Shown here: piece after piece, positions 1-10,266 of the stretch
How the letters are laid out: every line of letters begins with the position of its first letter
Position numbering within the stretch: position 1 is the first letter of the stretch
IMG/VR virus record: IMGVR_UViG_3300012983_000030
Origin: a virus
Lineage: Duplodnaviria; Heunggongvirae; Uroviricota; Caudoviricetes
Reading direction: 5' to 3' (one strand)
Length of the DNA: 64,000 nt
Notes under the pieces: generated by a model
The model's input: the letters and a program-made list of their open reading frames with translations, nothing else
What the model was told of the DNA's origin: nothing
The model's database searches: none
Program-made: the position numbers and the translations under genes

Positions 1-1468
1 TGGTTGGCTTGTATTGTATACAACTTGTCATAAATGTATCTTCTAATTGTATATTTTCTTTTTTTGCAATCTTATTTATAATATCTTTATAAATCTCATT
101 TGGTATATTATCGATATTTAATACATAAGTAAAACGTCTAATAAAAGAAGATTCCATTGTACGTAACGAATTAGTAGTCCAAATTACAGGAGTAGGATTC
201 TCTTCTAAAATAGTATTTACAAAACCTTTAGCTTGAGCAGCTAAATGTTCACGCCTAAAAAAATCTTCAGCTTCATCATATAATATCACTGCATTGTTAT
301 TTTTATTTAGTATTCTTTTAGCGACTATAAAGTTTTTAATCCTAATATCGTTACTCAAAACACTTTCATTATGTAATCTATCAACTGGTCTTAGCTCATT
401 TTCTACAGATGTACTTACTTCATATCCTTCTGCACCTATATCATTGATTAATACGCGTGATAAGGCTGTTTTTCCGCTTCCTGGATTGCCATATAGTAAA
501 ATGTTAATACCTTTTACTTTTTTAGTTAAACTATTGCTCAAAAGCGATTTTATGTATTCATATTGCTCTATAAAAGAAAAATCTTTTTGTGTTAATGTTG
601 TTTCTTTTAAACGAGGTAAATAAAATTCTATAAATTCTTTTTCTGAGCTATATTCTCTTAAACAACCGCTTAATACATTAGTTTGTAAGTTAATATCTAA
701 TCTACCTTTATCTTCAAAAAGAGAATTGCCATTATACTCAAATAATATTACTTTATAGTTTTCTAAAGTAGCTTTATTTAAATTTTTAATATTTATAAAT
801 TCAAGTATCTTAGAAAAAGTACTTTTGTTATATGGTAAATTGTCCTTAAAATAAGATACATTTGAATATAATAAAAATTCTGAAAATTTCATTATTTTTT
901 CATCTGATATTTTTAATAAGTCAAAATATCTATATAGGTTCTCTGTATAAAAAGCTTTCTTTAATTTATTTGGATTTTGGGAATTTAACCAATTATAAAT
1001 AATTGATAAAATTTCTTCAACTGCACCTTTTATTATATTATTAACATTTTTATTAAAACTCAATACCCGTTTATCAATTAATGGATATCCTTTATTTTCC
1101 ATACTTTTTTTAAGTAAGTCTTGAACTGATTTATCTTCTGTAATTTTATTTTCTATTGAAGATAATGAGTATTTTCTTATTTCTGGAATAATTCTCAAAT
1201 AATCTTTTTGTAAAGACCAAAATAAATCAAAAGCATTTTCATTATAAGCTAAAAAATTTTTAGAAAATGATTTAAACAATTTTGAATATTGATTATATAA
1301 ATACTCTATAAATTTATATTTCTCATATTCGTTTACTTTATAATTTCCATAGAAATATGTAGCTGCAGTTACACAATCCTCTTTTTGACAATTTTCATCT
1401 TCTAGTAGCTCACCGAGTGCTATCATTTCAAATTTAAATTGAATTTTCTTTTCTTTTTTCACGCTCAT
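1..1468 (-). CDS. AAA+ ATPase (partial, runs off window start; absent from ORF track)
   Basis: Manual translation from ATG at 1468 (MSVKKEKKIQF...). In-frame Walker A GNPGSGKT (~467-490), Walker B ILYDEAED and sensor/Arg-finger region WTTN...FIRRF. Confidence 0.85.
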   Translation of the reverse strand, partial: MSVKKEKKIQFKFEMIALGELLEDENCQKEDCVTAATYFYGNYKVNEYEKYKFIEYLYNQYSKLFKSFSKNFLAYNENAFDLFWSLQKDYLRIIPEIRKYSLSSIENKITEDKSVQDLLKKSMENKGYPLIDKRVLSFNKNVNNIIKGAVEEILSIIYNWLNSQNPNKLKKAFYTENLYRYFDLLKISDEKIMKFSEFLLYSNVSYFKDNLPYNKSTFSKILEFINIKNLNKATLENYKVILFEYNGNSLFEDKGRLDINLQTNVLSGCLREYSSEKEFIEFYLPRLKETTLTQKDFSFIEQYEYIKSLLSNSLTKKVKGINILLYGNPGSGKTALSRVLINDIGAEGYEVSTSVENELRPVDRLHNESVLSNDIRIKNFIVAKRILNKNNNAVILYDEAEDFFRREHLAAQAKGFVNTILEENPTPVIWTTNSLRTMESSFIRRFTYVLNIDNIPNEIYKDIINKIAKKENIQLEDTFMTSCIQYKPT

Positions 1469-1559
1469 TCTTTTAACTCTCACTTGTATGAATTGATTTA
1501 TTAAAAGAATTTAAATAAATAATTTTTCTACTAAATAAATTATAAGTGCAATTTTTTGT

Positions 1560-1587
1560 TTTACAATTAAATAAATATTTTTATAAT
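1560..1587 (+). promoter_or_regulatory. sigma70-like promoter TTTACA-N16-TATAAT
   Basis: Both hexamers visible upstream of ORF 1617; AT-rich background lowers specificity. Confidence 0.45.
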
Positions 1588-1616
1588 AAAAATATGTTTA
1601 AACATGGGAGTATGAA

Positions 1617-1847
1617 ATGCGTATTATAAATTTAGATGAAACAGGAATAAAAATAATTACTTCTACTAAAAAGCAAATGTACTTATCTTTAGCTGAAATT
1701 AAAGAATTTATTGCCAAAAAATATATTATTACTGATAATATATTGACATTTGACAAGAAAAAGTTAATTCTATCAGATAAAGACTTATTAGAATTTCCTA
1801 ATATTGTTGATTATATTAAAGATAATTTTGAAAGTAAAGTGAGTTAA
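1617..1847 (+). CDS. hypothetical protein
   Basis: ORF with GGGAG RBS. Confidence 0.7.
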   Translation: MRIINLDETGIKIITSTKKQMYLSLAEIKEFIAKKYIITDNILTFDKKKLILSDKDLLEFPNIVDYIKDNFESKVS

Positions 1848-2071
1848 TGATGTTAAAAAGAAAAAAAGTAAAGATTTATCAAGAAATTGATGAGTCTAAG
1901 TTAAAAATGCTCAAATTATTTGAGTCAACAGATGGAAATTATAATGAATTGGGATTTGCAATTAATTATACACGTATACCTGGTGGATTAGTGCGTTTAG
2001 TGATTACACCAGAAGCAATAGATCAACTTTTTATTCCATTACCTGCTAGCTATTTTAATCTATCCGTGTAA
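1847..2071 (+). CDS. hypothetical protein
   Basis: Translationally coupled to previous ORF (TAATG). Confidence 0.65.
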   Translation: MMLKRKKVKIYQEIDESKLKMLKLFESTDGNYNELGFAINYTRIPGGLVRLVITPEAIDQLFIPLPASYFNLSV

Positions 2072-2519
2072 TTTCTAAAGTATATTGATTTTTTGTTTTA
2101 AGCGGAGTCGCTACTAAATTTAATTTTGGATAATGTGTATTTACTAACTCTTTCCAAAGTAAAAATTCATTTGTCATTAAACCGGATTGTCCTGTTATAA
2201 TTTTTGCTTTATACTTTTTAAAATTTGGACATATATCACAGCTATCTACAATATCTTTAAATTCATTAAAAGCATCTATTAAATCTTTATTTTCCCAATT
2301 TATTATTTTTGGTAAAGTGCTTACTAGATTTTCTAAAACTTTTTCGTGTAATCTTTTGTTAATATTATAATCAATTATATATAATGCTAATGCTTCATCA
2401 CTCATATTTTTATTTTTTGTATTACGCATAGCGAAATTAGCTGCTTTTACAACATTGTCATACCAATCCTGTGTAAAAATTTCATCTAAATTATCGAATA
2501 TATTGTCTCTATTCATCAT
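2055..2519 (-). CDS. hypothetical protein
   Basis: 154-aa ORF with AAGGA RBS. Confidence 0.7.
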   Translation of the reverse strand: MMNRDNIFDNLDEIFTQDWYDNVVKAANFAMRNTKNKNMSDEALALYIIDYNINKRLHEKVLENLVSTLPKIINWENKDLIDAFNEFKDIVDSCDICPNFKKYKAKIITGQSGLMTNEFLLWKELVNTHYPKLNLVATPLKTKNQYTLEITRID

Positions 2520-2580
2520 ATTCCTTGTGAATAATTTATTTATATAATATTAGAATATAAATAAATATAAATCATATAAA

Positions 2581-3432
2581 TTATTTTTCTAACAGTAAAG
2601 TTTCATCACTATATTTATTAGTTGTTAATATTTTAATGTTATTTGCTAATAATTGTTCACGTTTAGACATAAACTCCAAACCTTTACTTTTAGACATTTG
2701 CTCATTCGGTAAATATATATTCCAATATTTACTTAATTCTCCAGCTCCAGTCACTCCATCAAATTCAAAAAAATCAGATGGAGCAAAAAATGATTCTCCA
2801 ATTGGACTTATTATGTCTATAACTGTACTTTTATAATTTAACCATTTACCTTCTTCATCTACTAATGCTAAAAACCAATCAGCATCATCTAATAAGATTA
2901 TATTTCCTTTATTATCTAATGCATAATCGATATGCTTATTCATACAATCACGTACTAATTTCAAAGCGCGTGCTTTAGGAAAATAATCCTTAATCTGAAG
3001 AAATATTTGATTTAACAATAACTTTTCTTCTAATAATTCTAAAGTCTTATTCCAACCTAATAAAATTTTATCAAAAGGTAATTTTTCATCACATACTTGT
3101 AATGGTTCACGCTGCTCAATCTGAAATACTTGGTTATCATAATAAAATGTTCTAATATACCAATGAATACCATATAATTCATTATAAATTTTCGCTAGCT
3201 CTTCTCTGGCTTTGGCAAAAAATTCACCTGCTTTTATATCTGCCATATATAGTTTATAAAAATAATTTTCGGTACCCACTACCAATTGACTAGAGCTATC
3301 TTTCCATTTTACCCATAAATCAGGGGAAGTAGTTGTATCTAATTCTTTTATCGCATCTATAAATACTTCAAAATTTTTTGAATTTGAAGTTTTGGTGTTA
3401 AATGGAATCCAATTAGTTAATTCATTTGACAT
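2581..3432 (-). CDS. hypothetical protein, weak protein-kinase-like motifs
   Basis: 283-aa ORF; YFYKLY and HIDYALDNKGNIILLDD loosely resemble kinase beta3 and catalytic/Mg loops. Confidence refers to the CDS. Confidence 0.6.
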   Translation of the reverse strand: MSNELTNWIPFNTKTSNSKNFEVFIDAIKELDTTTSPDLWVKWKDSSSQLVVGTENYFYKLYMADIKAGEFFAKAREELAKIYNELYGIHWYIRTFYYDNQVFQIEQREPLQVCDEKLPFDKILLGWNKTLELLEEKLLLNQIFLQIKDYFPKARALKLVRDCMNKHIDYALDNKGNIILLDDADWFLALVDEEGKWLNYKSTVIDIISPIGESFFAPSDFFEFDGVTGAGELSKYWNIYLPNEQMSKSKGLEFMSKREQLLANNIKILTTNKYSDETLLLEK

Positions 3433-3435
3433 TGT

Positions 3436-4131
3436 TTATTTCAATATACCTTTTGCTGTATTTAAAATGGCTTTTCTTTCTTCTAAGCCATTTGTTCCAC
3501 CATTAATTCTCTTTGTAATTGTTAGAACATCATCTTTATCAGCATACTCATTTAATTTTTTAGAATTCCAAAACCAACACGCTGCTAAAACACTAGCATC
3601 TGCGCATTCAATTAATAAATCTGGATTATTTATTAAATCTAAGCCTATTGCTTTTCCACAAGCTTCATAATTACATTTACCAGTTAATTGAATTAAACCT
3701 CTACCTCTATATTTCCATCCATCTCCAGAAGCTTCATCTCCATTGCCCATTCTATTTGCATACACTCTATTTGCTATTTTTTCTGGTTTTCTAGCATATT
3801 CATTAGCAATAGCATCTGTTTTAAAATATTTACAGAAAACACTCTTTAATGCATTAGCAGAATAATTTAAATTTTCAGATTTAAACTTAAAATGTCCACT
3901 TTCATGAATAATCTGAGCTAAAAAATGACATACTCTTAATTTTGTATTCAATTCTTGTTTTTCTAAAAGTGTAATTAATGCATTATAATAATATTCACAA
4001 TCTTGCTTATTTAAATTATTATTTATTTTGATTAATTCTTCTAAAGTAAATAACATAACTTTATCCTCCATTTTTTGGCTTTCTGGCTTAGATAATACTT
4101 TTTTTAAGAATTGTATTATTTTATTAAACAT
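3436..4131 (-). CDS. glycoside hydrolase family 19 endolysin
   Basis: FLAQIIHESG, YRGRGLIQLTG..NY and RINGGTNGLEER motifs; GGAGG RBS. Confidence 0.93.
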   Translation of the reverse strand: MFNKIIQFLKKVLSKPESQKMEDKVMLFTLEELIKINNNLNKQDCEYYYNALITLLEKQELNTKLRVCHFLAQIIHESGHFKFKSENLNYSANALKSVFCKYFKTDAIANEYARKPEKIANRVYANRMGNGDEASGDGWKYRGRGLIQLTGKCNYEACGKAIGLDLINNPDLLIECADASVLAACWFWNSKKLNEYADKDDVLTITKRINGGTNGLEERKAILNTAKGILK

Positions 4132-4145
4132 CTTTCCTCCTTAAT

Positions 4146-4175
4146 AAAAAAAGGACCTCTAAATAAGGTCCTTTT
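4146..4175 (-). terminator. intrinsic terminator after scaffold gene
   Basis: Stem aaaaggacct/aggtcctttt with A-run (U-tail on the minus strand). Confidence 0.75.
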
Positions 4176-4202
4176 CTTTTTTAATGCCTTTACCTAAAGA
4201 AA

Positions 4203-4925
4203 TTATTTATTCAAGCTAGCAATAGCACGTGCAGCTGGAGTCATATAACGAGTCATTTCTTTCTTTGGTTGAGCTTTTTTAACAGCTTCTAAAAGAATCT
4301 TATTTAATTTATTTGAATTCTCATATAATTTTTGAGCTGTCTTATACATTCTTTCATTTCTTGCTGCAGATTCTGTCAATTCTCTTTCCATTTTTTCACC
4401 TTCAGCAATAACAGCTTCAAAAACGCTATTCATTTCTTTAGCATGTTCTTTAGTTAACTCTTCAGCTTGTTTAGTTAAAGCATGTTCACATAAAGCATTG
4501 ATTTTTTCAATCTTTTCTTTATAGCTTTCTTCACGAGCTTGAGCTTCTTTTAATTGAGCTAATAATTCGTTATTTACTTCACTAGCTTCTTCAACTTTAC
4601 GACTAGAAACATTAATAACGTCTTTCATACCATTGTCTTCTTTTTTACGTTCAGCTTCAACTTTACCTGCTTCTAAACGATCATCTTCACCACCATTCTT
4701 AGATACACCTTCTGCATCAACTGGAACGATTGGACCTTCGTCTTTAGCAACTTCTTTTTCAATTTCTTTTTGTGTAGGTAATTCAGAATCTAAACCTTGA
4801 ATACCTTCGGCTTTAGGAGCTTCTTTTACTTCTTTTGTTTCAATATTTTGCAAAGTATCTTCTGCATTTTTTACGTTCAAAGCATTGCTTTCTTTTAATG
4901 CTTTAATCATTTCTTCTTTAGTCAT
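4203..4925 (-). CDS. prohead scaffold/core protein (T4 gp22-like)
   Basis: Acidic coiled-coil directly downstream of the prohead protease; several L-x-E sites. Confidence 0.55.
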   Translation of the reverse strand: MTKEEMIKALKESNALNVKNAEDTLQNIETKEVKEAPKAEGIQGLDSELPTQKEIEKEVAKDEGPIVPVDAEGVSKNGGEDDRLEAGKVEAERKKEDNGMKDVINVSSRKVEEASEVNNELLAQLKEAQAREESYKEKIEKINALCEHALTKQAEELTKEHAKEMNSVFEAVIAEGEKMERELTESAARNERMYKTAQKLYENSNKLNKILLEAVKKAQPKKEMTRYMTPAARAIASLNK

Positions 4926-5022
4926 GTTTCTAATCCTTATAATCTAGAAAAAAATTAAATTAGTAAAATTGTTTACTATACTCTATATATAGAACATATA
5001 ATTAATAAAATTAAGCTATTAA

Positions 5023-7947
5023 TTAAGATACTATACCTTTCGCATTGTTTATTTTTAAACCAACTTTATCACTCATAAAATCAATTACTGCTCTTTTGAA
5101 TTCTTCTGGTGAATTTAAGTGTTTAAAATCAGCATAATTTAATGTAGCTTTAACCTCTGTAGGTAAATTATTAATCAATGATAATAAATCACCTTCTGTT
5201 GCTACATCATCAGGTAAAGCATTTTCTCTAAATTTATTTTTAATATCTTCTACGTCCCAATCTATATCATATAATGTAATTTCCATTTCATCACTTGATG
5301 AAGCTTCTTCAAAATCTAAAGGTCCTTCACGTGATTCTAAACCATGTGCACAATGATAGCAAATCTTACCTAAGTCTTTTTCGTTTCTTAATTCAGACAC
5401 AGGAAACTCTTCTTTGCACCAAACACATTTTTCGGTTCTTTCAAATTCATCATCTTCTTCTGTAGCGTCATTTAAAGGTAATTCTACGTCAGGATCAGAT
5501 GCGTCAGAAGGATTTTTAAATAATACTTCATTCATATCAGATGATTCTACTTTTTTTAAATCTTCAGGACTAATATATTCAACATTTACAAATTCAGCAA
5601 TATCACCTAAATCAGACAAAGCTTCTTCTTTAGAAGCAAATGGTCCAACTACTCCGATATCTTGAGCACCAATATACCAACCTGGTTGAATATCTTCATA
5701 TTCTGGAGCAGCTTCATTTACAAAACTGATACTATGTCCGCGCTGACGTAATTTTTGACGACATCCAAAGCATAGTCTACCTAAATTTTCAACTTTCTTT
5801 ATTTGTTCAGATGGATAATTATTTCCACACCAATCACAACGTGTTGAACCAGTAGAAGTTTCATCTTCTGATAACATAATGCTTCCATCTAACTTACCTT
5901 GTTCCATTCCAGCTTTTACAACAGAAGCTTGTGCTGTTGAATCAAAATCTTTTTCAACAGTAGTATTATCATCTAATTCTAAACTCAATGAATTATCTTT
6001 TTGCTCAATTTCACCAGAAGCTTCTGCTAAATCTAATTGATTGCTATCTGGATTATAAATATACTGGTCATTTGTTGTAGTATCAATAACCTTAACTTCT
6101 ACTTGACCTTCTTCATTATCAGCTTTTTGTTTCCATAAATTAGAAACCTCATTAATAACTGAACTCAATTCAACTCCAGATACTGGAACAGTAGATGTTT
6201 CTGGAATACCATCTTCTTTTATAATGCTAACTTGAGCCACAAATTTTGTAGCACTTCCATTATCTTCTTTGATACTTTCCTCTTTATCAGATAAATCATC
6301 ACCGATATTACTACCCAAACTATAACCAGAAGCTGCACCACCAAGAGCACCTAATGGTCCAGCCACAGCATTTCCAACTAATGCACCCGCAGTACCTCCA
6401 ATTAAACCACCAACTAAACCTTCTTCTATATTTTCTTCAGCTGGCTCACTAATATCAGTTACTTCTTTACGATAATACTTTTCTACATCATATACACCCA
6501 TTGTATCAAGAATTTTTTCAACTCCAGATAAATGTACTAAACCAGATTCTTCTTTGCCAACAATGAAATGTAATGCTTCTTCAGGATTTTCTTTAAATAC
6601 TAAAGCATTACCGTCCATAGAAACAAAACCAGCGGGACATTTTAATACAAATTTCTTACCAGCCTTTGGATCTTCTTCTTTTTTTGCTTCAGTCATTAAA
6701 GATTCTGTAATACGTACATGCATATTATTTTGAAGAGTACTTAATAGATTATTTAATTCAGCTTCATCAAAAGGATATGCAAATTCTAAAACTTTAACAT
6801 CATGGTTTTCAGTATTATATGGACCAAATGTTGTATATGCACCTGACATAGGTTGAGGTAAATTCTTTTTAATATAACGTAAATTTTCAGGTGAACCTTT
6901 TAAAGATACTTCATAACCATATCCGGTTAGTTTATAGTCTAAAGATACGCGTAAAGCTTCTTCAGTTAAATCTTCTTCTGCTACATACTCTCCTGCTTCT
7001 TCAACAGATTCTTTAGGCTCTTCTTCTTCATTTTTTGTAATTGTAATACTATCGATATTTACAGTACCGTTTAACATAGCATTTTTAGCCATAGCTAATG
7101 CTTGGTCTATGTCACTTACTTCATCTTCTGTTTCTGCTTCTAATGTAGTAATTGTTGTTTCAGCACCAGTTTTAGGATCTACTTCACTATCAAGCTTTGT
7201 AGAAGTTTTTGTAACTGTACCATATCCAATATCATCTAATCTTGCTTGTAAAACAGCAGCTTTTTCTAAATCTCTTACCACATTAGTAGAAGAAGTTGCA
7301 ACAGTAAAAGTTTCTTTTAATTCTCTTGGATCTACCAATTCGACTTTTACGGATTCAGATACGGGCATTCTAGTAAAGGTAGAAGACGAAGGATTACCAA
7401 CGCAGTCACAACCAAGTAAAGAATAATTTTCGACATATTTTCCATTCATATCTCCGACACCACGAATTGAAGTACCAATAGAACATTCTGCTTCAAATAG
7501 TGCTCTTAAATTTTTACCTTCTTCGGTATTAAGCACTTCCCAGTCTTGAAACAATACATCAAAACGACCTTTTTTGCCTTCTACAACAATCTCAATGTCT
7601 TTTTTAATATAACTTGCTATTACAACGTGAGATGCTGTTGTAGGTGATACAAATGAACCTTCTGGGTGTTCACATGCTTGACTTAATAATTGTTTAGATT
7701 CAAAACAATTTAATTGTACAGCTTCATCAATAGCAGCTTGTACAACACGAGTTGTATAAATACGTCCATTTTGATTAATACGATTAAGAATTGTACATGG
7801 AATATTTTTAACAATCAAAGTACCAGCTTTTCCAGCTGACATTTGAACGGCTTCTTTTAAACTTTTTGATAATTTAACTTTTGATAAAAATTCAGAAGAC
7901 TCAATAAGGATCTGACGAGTATCCTTTTCGTTTTGATTCTTTGTCAT
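5023..7947 (-). CDS. prohead core protease (T4 gp21-like) with ~770-aa C-terminal extension
   Basis: N-terminal NQNGRIY, EHP...ASHVV, IGTSIRGVG and DCVGNPS motifs; extension has a glycine zipper and two CxxC...CxxC repeats. Confidence 0.85.
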   Translation of the reverse strand: MTKNQNEKDTRQILIESSEFLSKVKLSKSLKEAVQMSAGKAGTLIVKNIPCTILNRINQNGRIYTTRVVQAAIDEAVQLNCFESKQLLSQACEHPEGSFVSPTTASHVVIASYIKKDIEIVVEGKKGRFDVLFQDWEVLNTEEGKNLRALFEAECSIGTSIRGVGDMNGKYVENYSLLGCDCVGNPSSSTFTRMPVSESVKVELVDPRELKETFTVATSSTNVVRDLEKAAVLQARLDDIGYGTVTKTSTKLDSEVDPKTGAETTITTLEAETEDEVSDIDQALAMAKNAMLNGTVNIDSITITKNEEEEPKESVEEAGEYVAEEDLTEEALRVSLDYKLTGYGYEVSLKGSPENLRYIKKNLPQPMSGAYTTFGPYNTENHDVKVLEFAYPFDEAELNNLLSTLQNNMHVRITESLMTEAKKEEDPKAGKKFVLKCPAGFVSMDGNALVFKENPEEALHFIVGKEESGLVHLSGVEKILDTMGVYDVEKYYRKEVTDISEPAEENIEEGLVGGLIGGTAGALVGNAVAGPLGALGGAASGYSLGSNIGDDLSDKEESIKEDNGSATKFVAQVSIIKEDGIPETSTVPVSGVELSSVINEVSNLWKQKADNEEGQVEVKVIDTTTNDQYIYNPDSNQLDLAEASGEIEQKDNSLSLELDDNTTVEKDFDSTAQASVVKAGMEQGKLDGSIMLSEDETSTGSTRCDWCGNNYPSEQIKKVENLGRLCFGCRQKLRQRGHSISFVNEAAPEYEDIQPGWYIGAQDIGVVGPFASKEEALSDLGDIAEFVNVEYISPEDLKKVESSDMNEVLFKNPSDASDPDVELPLNDATEEDDEFERTEKCVWCKEEFPVSELRNEKDLGKICYHCAHGLESREGPLDFEEASSSDEMEITLYDIDWDVEDIKNKFRENALPDDVATEGDLLSLINNLPTEVKATLNYADFKHLNSPEEFKRAVIDFMSDKVGLKINNAKGIVS

Positions 7948-8052
7948 GGATTAATCCTATAAATATAAAAAACAATTGTTCAATTTATATATTAGAACTT
8001 TTTATTTTGTATTTATTAATACTTTTGAGCTTCTTATTACCTTCTACATAAT

Positions 8053-8081
8053 AAAAAAAAAGCCCCTATAAAGAGGCTTTT
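8053..8081 (-). terminator. intrinsic terminator
   Basis: aaaagcc...ggctttt hairpin with long A-run. Confidence 0.65.
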
Positions 8082-8097
8082 ATAAATACTAAAATCA

Positions 8098-8892
8098 TTA
8101 TGCCCATTGTGCCATATGTAAAACACTATGATTTTTAATACTATCTACTTCTTCTTTTAGTTTTTCTAATCTAGTTTTTAAGGCTTCTGTAGAAATATCA
8201 AAATCAGCATCTAATTTAACACCATCACGTGCTTGAATAATACTCTCTATAAAACGTAATGAAATAAATTTACATAACCAATCTACTTTAGACATTTCAA
8301 CATATTCTGGAGAATCAAAACCGATTGCTGCATAAATTGCCATTTGACCGAAACCCCAAGGTGCAATTACTTCAACTCTTTCTTCCATTCTATTTATAAA
8401 ATATTGAGGTTGACCAGTTGATAATTCATCATATGAATTGCCTAATAAAGTAGAAGTTATATCAAATGTAGGTGCACTTACTTGAAAGCCAAACATTTGT
8501 TTTTCCCACATAGATGGATTTGAATAATTTGACCAATAAGGTCTCTCTATTCTAGTTACTCCTAAAAAATGAGCATGTGACATTTGTTCAGCTGGAACTT
8601 TTGGACTACCTCCGGTTAAAATATCTGTAAATGGAATATACATACCACCATTATCTAACTTAGGAGCAGCCAATCCTGCCCAATTAAATGTAGTTTGTCC
8701 ACCACCAGATGAATTATATGTAGTACAATAAATAATTCGCATAGGAAAAGATCTATAGTAATCCATACAGCCTAATGTAATAGCATCTTCTTTTAATAAT
8801 GCTTCTTTTGTAGAAATTGCCATATTTGGATTAGCTAAATCTAAATTAATTGCTCTATCTATTATTGGTCTAATTGGACTAAAAGTACCCAT
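8098..8892 (-). CDS. putative neck/head-completion protein (gp13-like)
   Basis: Size, head-module position and helical C-terminus; no catalytic motif. Confidence 0.4.
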   Translation of the reverse strand: MGTFSPIRPIIDRAINLDLANPNMAISTKEALLKEDAITLGCMDYYRSFPMRIIYCTTYNSSGGGQTTFNWAGLAAPKLDNGGMYIPFTDILTGGSPKVPAEQMSHAHFLGVTRIERPYWSNYSNPSMWEKQMFGFQVSAPTFDITSTLLGNSYDELSTGQPQYFINRMEERVEVIAPWGFGQMAIYAAIGFDSPEYVEMSKVDWLCKFISLRFIESIIQARDGVKLDADFDISTEALKTRLEKLKEEVDSIKNHSVLHMAQWA

Positions 8893-8988
8893 ATTTTTCT
8901 CTTTATCTTTTATAAAACAATATGTAATTAATAAACTTTCTTTATTAATTGGAACTTAAATTTTTTAAGATTAGTTTAACAAGCTAGA

Positions 8989-9666
8989 TTATACAGCTGT
9001 ATTTAAAGTATTTAGATTTTCTAAATCTTTTGAAGCATTCATTAGTTTTTCAGAAGGTGTATTGCCAGGTATATCATTACCATTTACCAAGAAAATTTTA
9101 TTTGTATTAAAATCTTTTACTAATACTGTCTCTTGTTTAAATGTTTTTGAAATTTCAATAGCAAATAACAGCAATAATTCACTAGGAACACCGCCTAATT
9201 CAATTGAAGTTGATTTATCATTATAGATTTTATCACCAGATTGATATTTACCTTTAAAGTTATTACCAACAGTTAAAGCACCTAAGTACATATCTGGAGT
9301 ATCTCCAAATTCTTCATTCCATTTTTTAACTAATTTATTTAAAGTTTTATCCTTAAATACATGATTCATTGTAGAATAATATACTTTTTTCAAAAAGGCT
9401 TTCAATCTATTTTTTTCTGAAACATCAATAAGAGCATTTACTGATAAAGCAAATACAATCATACCGCCTTTATATTTAGAAAATCCGTATTGATCTTCAA
9501 CGCTAGCAATATCTTCTGATAAAAAAGATTCAGTCATAGGCATTCTAATAAAAGATTTTTCATTATCTTCTATTGCTTTATACATTCCAGCATTATAATA
9601 ACAAACGCCATTAGGACGTTTATCCTTTCCATCTGGTCTAAAATATTTAATTTCTTCTACTATCAT
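8989..9666 (-). CDS. SAM lyase (SAMase)-like protein
   Basis: C-terminal GKY.SG...DKSTSIE...FA.EI...FKQETVLV resembles the T3 SAMase pattern GxYxE...EKxxxV...EQDCVLV. Confidence 0.45.
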   Translation of the reverse strand: MIVEEIKYFRPDGKDKRPNGVCYYNAGMYKAIEDNEKSFIRMPMTESFLSEDIASVEDQYGFSKYKGGMIVFALSVNALIDVSEKNRLKAFLKKVYYSTMNHVFKDKTLNKLVKKWNEEFGDTPDMYLGALTVGNNFKGKYQSGDKIYNDKSTSIELGGVPSELLLLFAIEISKTFKQETVLVKDFNTNKIFLVNGNDIPGNTPSEKLMNASKDLENLNTLNTAV

Positions 9667-10235
9667 TTCTTTTCATCCCAACGATATTTACCAGCACTCA
9701 TTAATTTTCTCAAAAAATATCCATACATATGTCTAGAAAAATTAGGTTTACGAGTGCCTGATAATTCATATTCAGTGTTTTCAGAAATTAATGAAAATTT
9801 TGTTCCATGAATTTTACTAAAACCATTTTCGATATCATGTATTGAAAATTTAGATAAAACTGAACTATTTGGTTCACCATTTTTATCATACCAACGAGGT
9901 GCATATTCTTCTGTTTTCAACAATATACTTTCTTGTTTATATTTACCACATAACCAAAACATATCTTCTGCAAAAGTTTCTTTATTGCCATTATTTATAA
10001 CAAAAAAGGATGCTTCTATTATATCAATCTCGTCTTCTTTTCCACGATTTTCTGTAAATCCACCTAAAACTGTAATATAGCTATAACCCAATGATCTAAT
10101 ATCAGCAGCTAGCTCTTCAGTATACTTTTTATTTTCTTTATTAGAATTTTCACTTCGACATGCAGAAATAAAGCATATTTCATTATCATTAATATGCTTT
10201 AATATTCTACTTAATCTAGCTTCTGTTAGTTTCAT
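9663..10235 (-). CDS. SAM lyase (T3 0.3 SAMase)/DUF3293-like protein
   Basis: FISACRS...EN...L...IR..G...GGFTE...EASFFV...YKQESILL is collinear with recalled T3 SAMase motifs, including the active-site Glu and Gln. Confidence 0.6.
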   Translation of the reverse strand: MKLTEARLSRILKHINDNEICFISACRSENSNKENKKYTEELAADIRSLGYSYITVLGGFTENRGKEDEIDIIEASFFVINNGNKETFAEDMFWLCGKYKQESILLKTEEYAPRWYDKNGEPNSSVLSKFSIHDIENGFSKIHGTKFSLISENTEYELSGTRKPNFSRHMYGYFLRKLMSAGKYRWDEKK

Positions 10236-10266
10236 TCTTTTAAATCCTTTATTTATAATTTACTAT

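Noticed and set aside
294-623. + strand 109-aa ORF
   Set aside because: Antisense shadow of the AAA ATPase.
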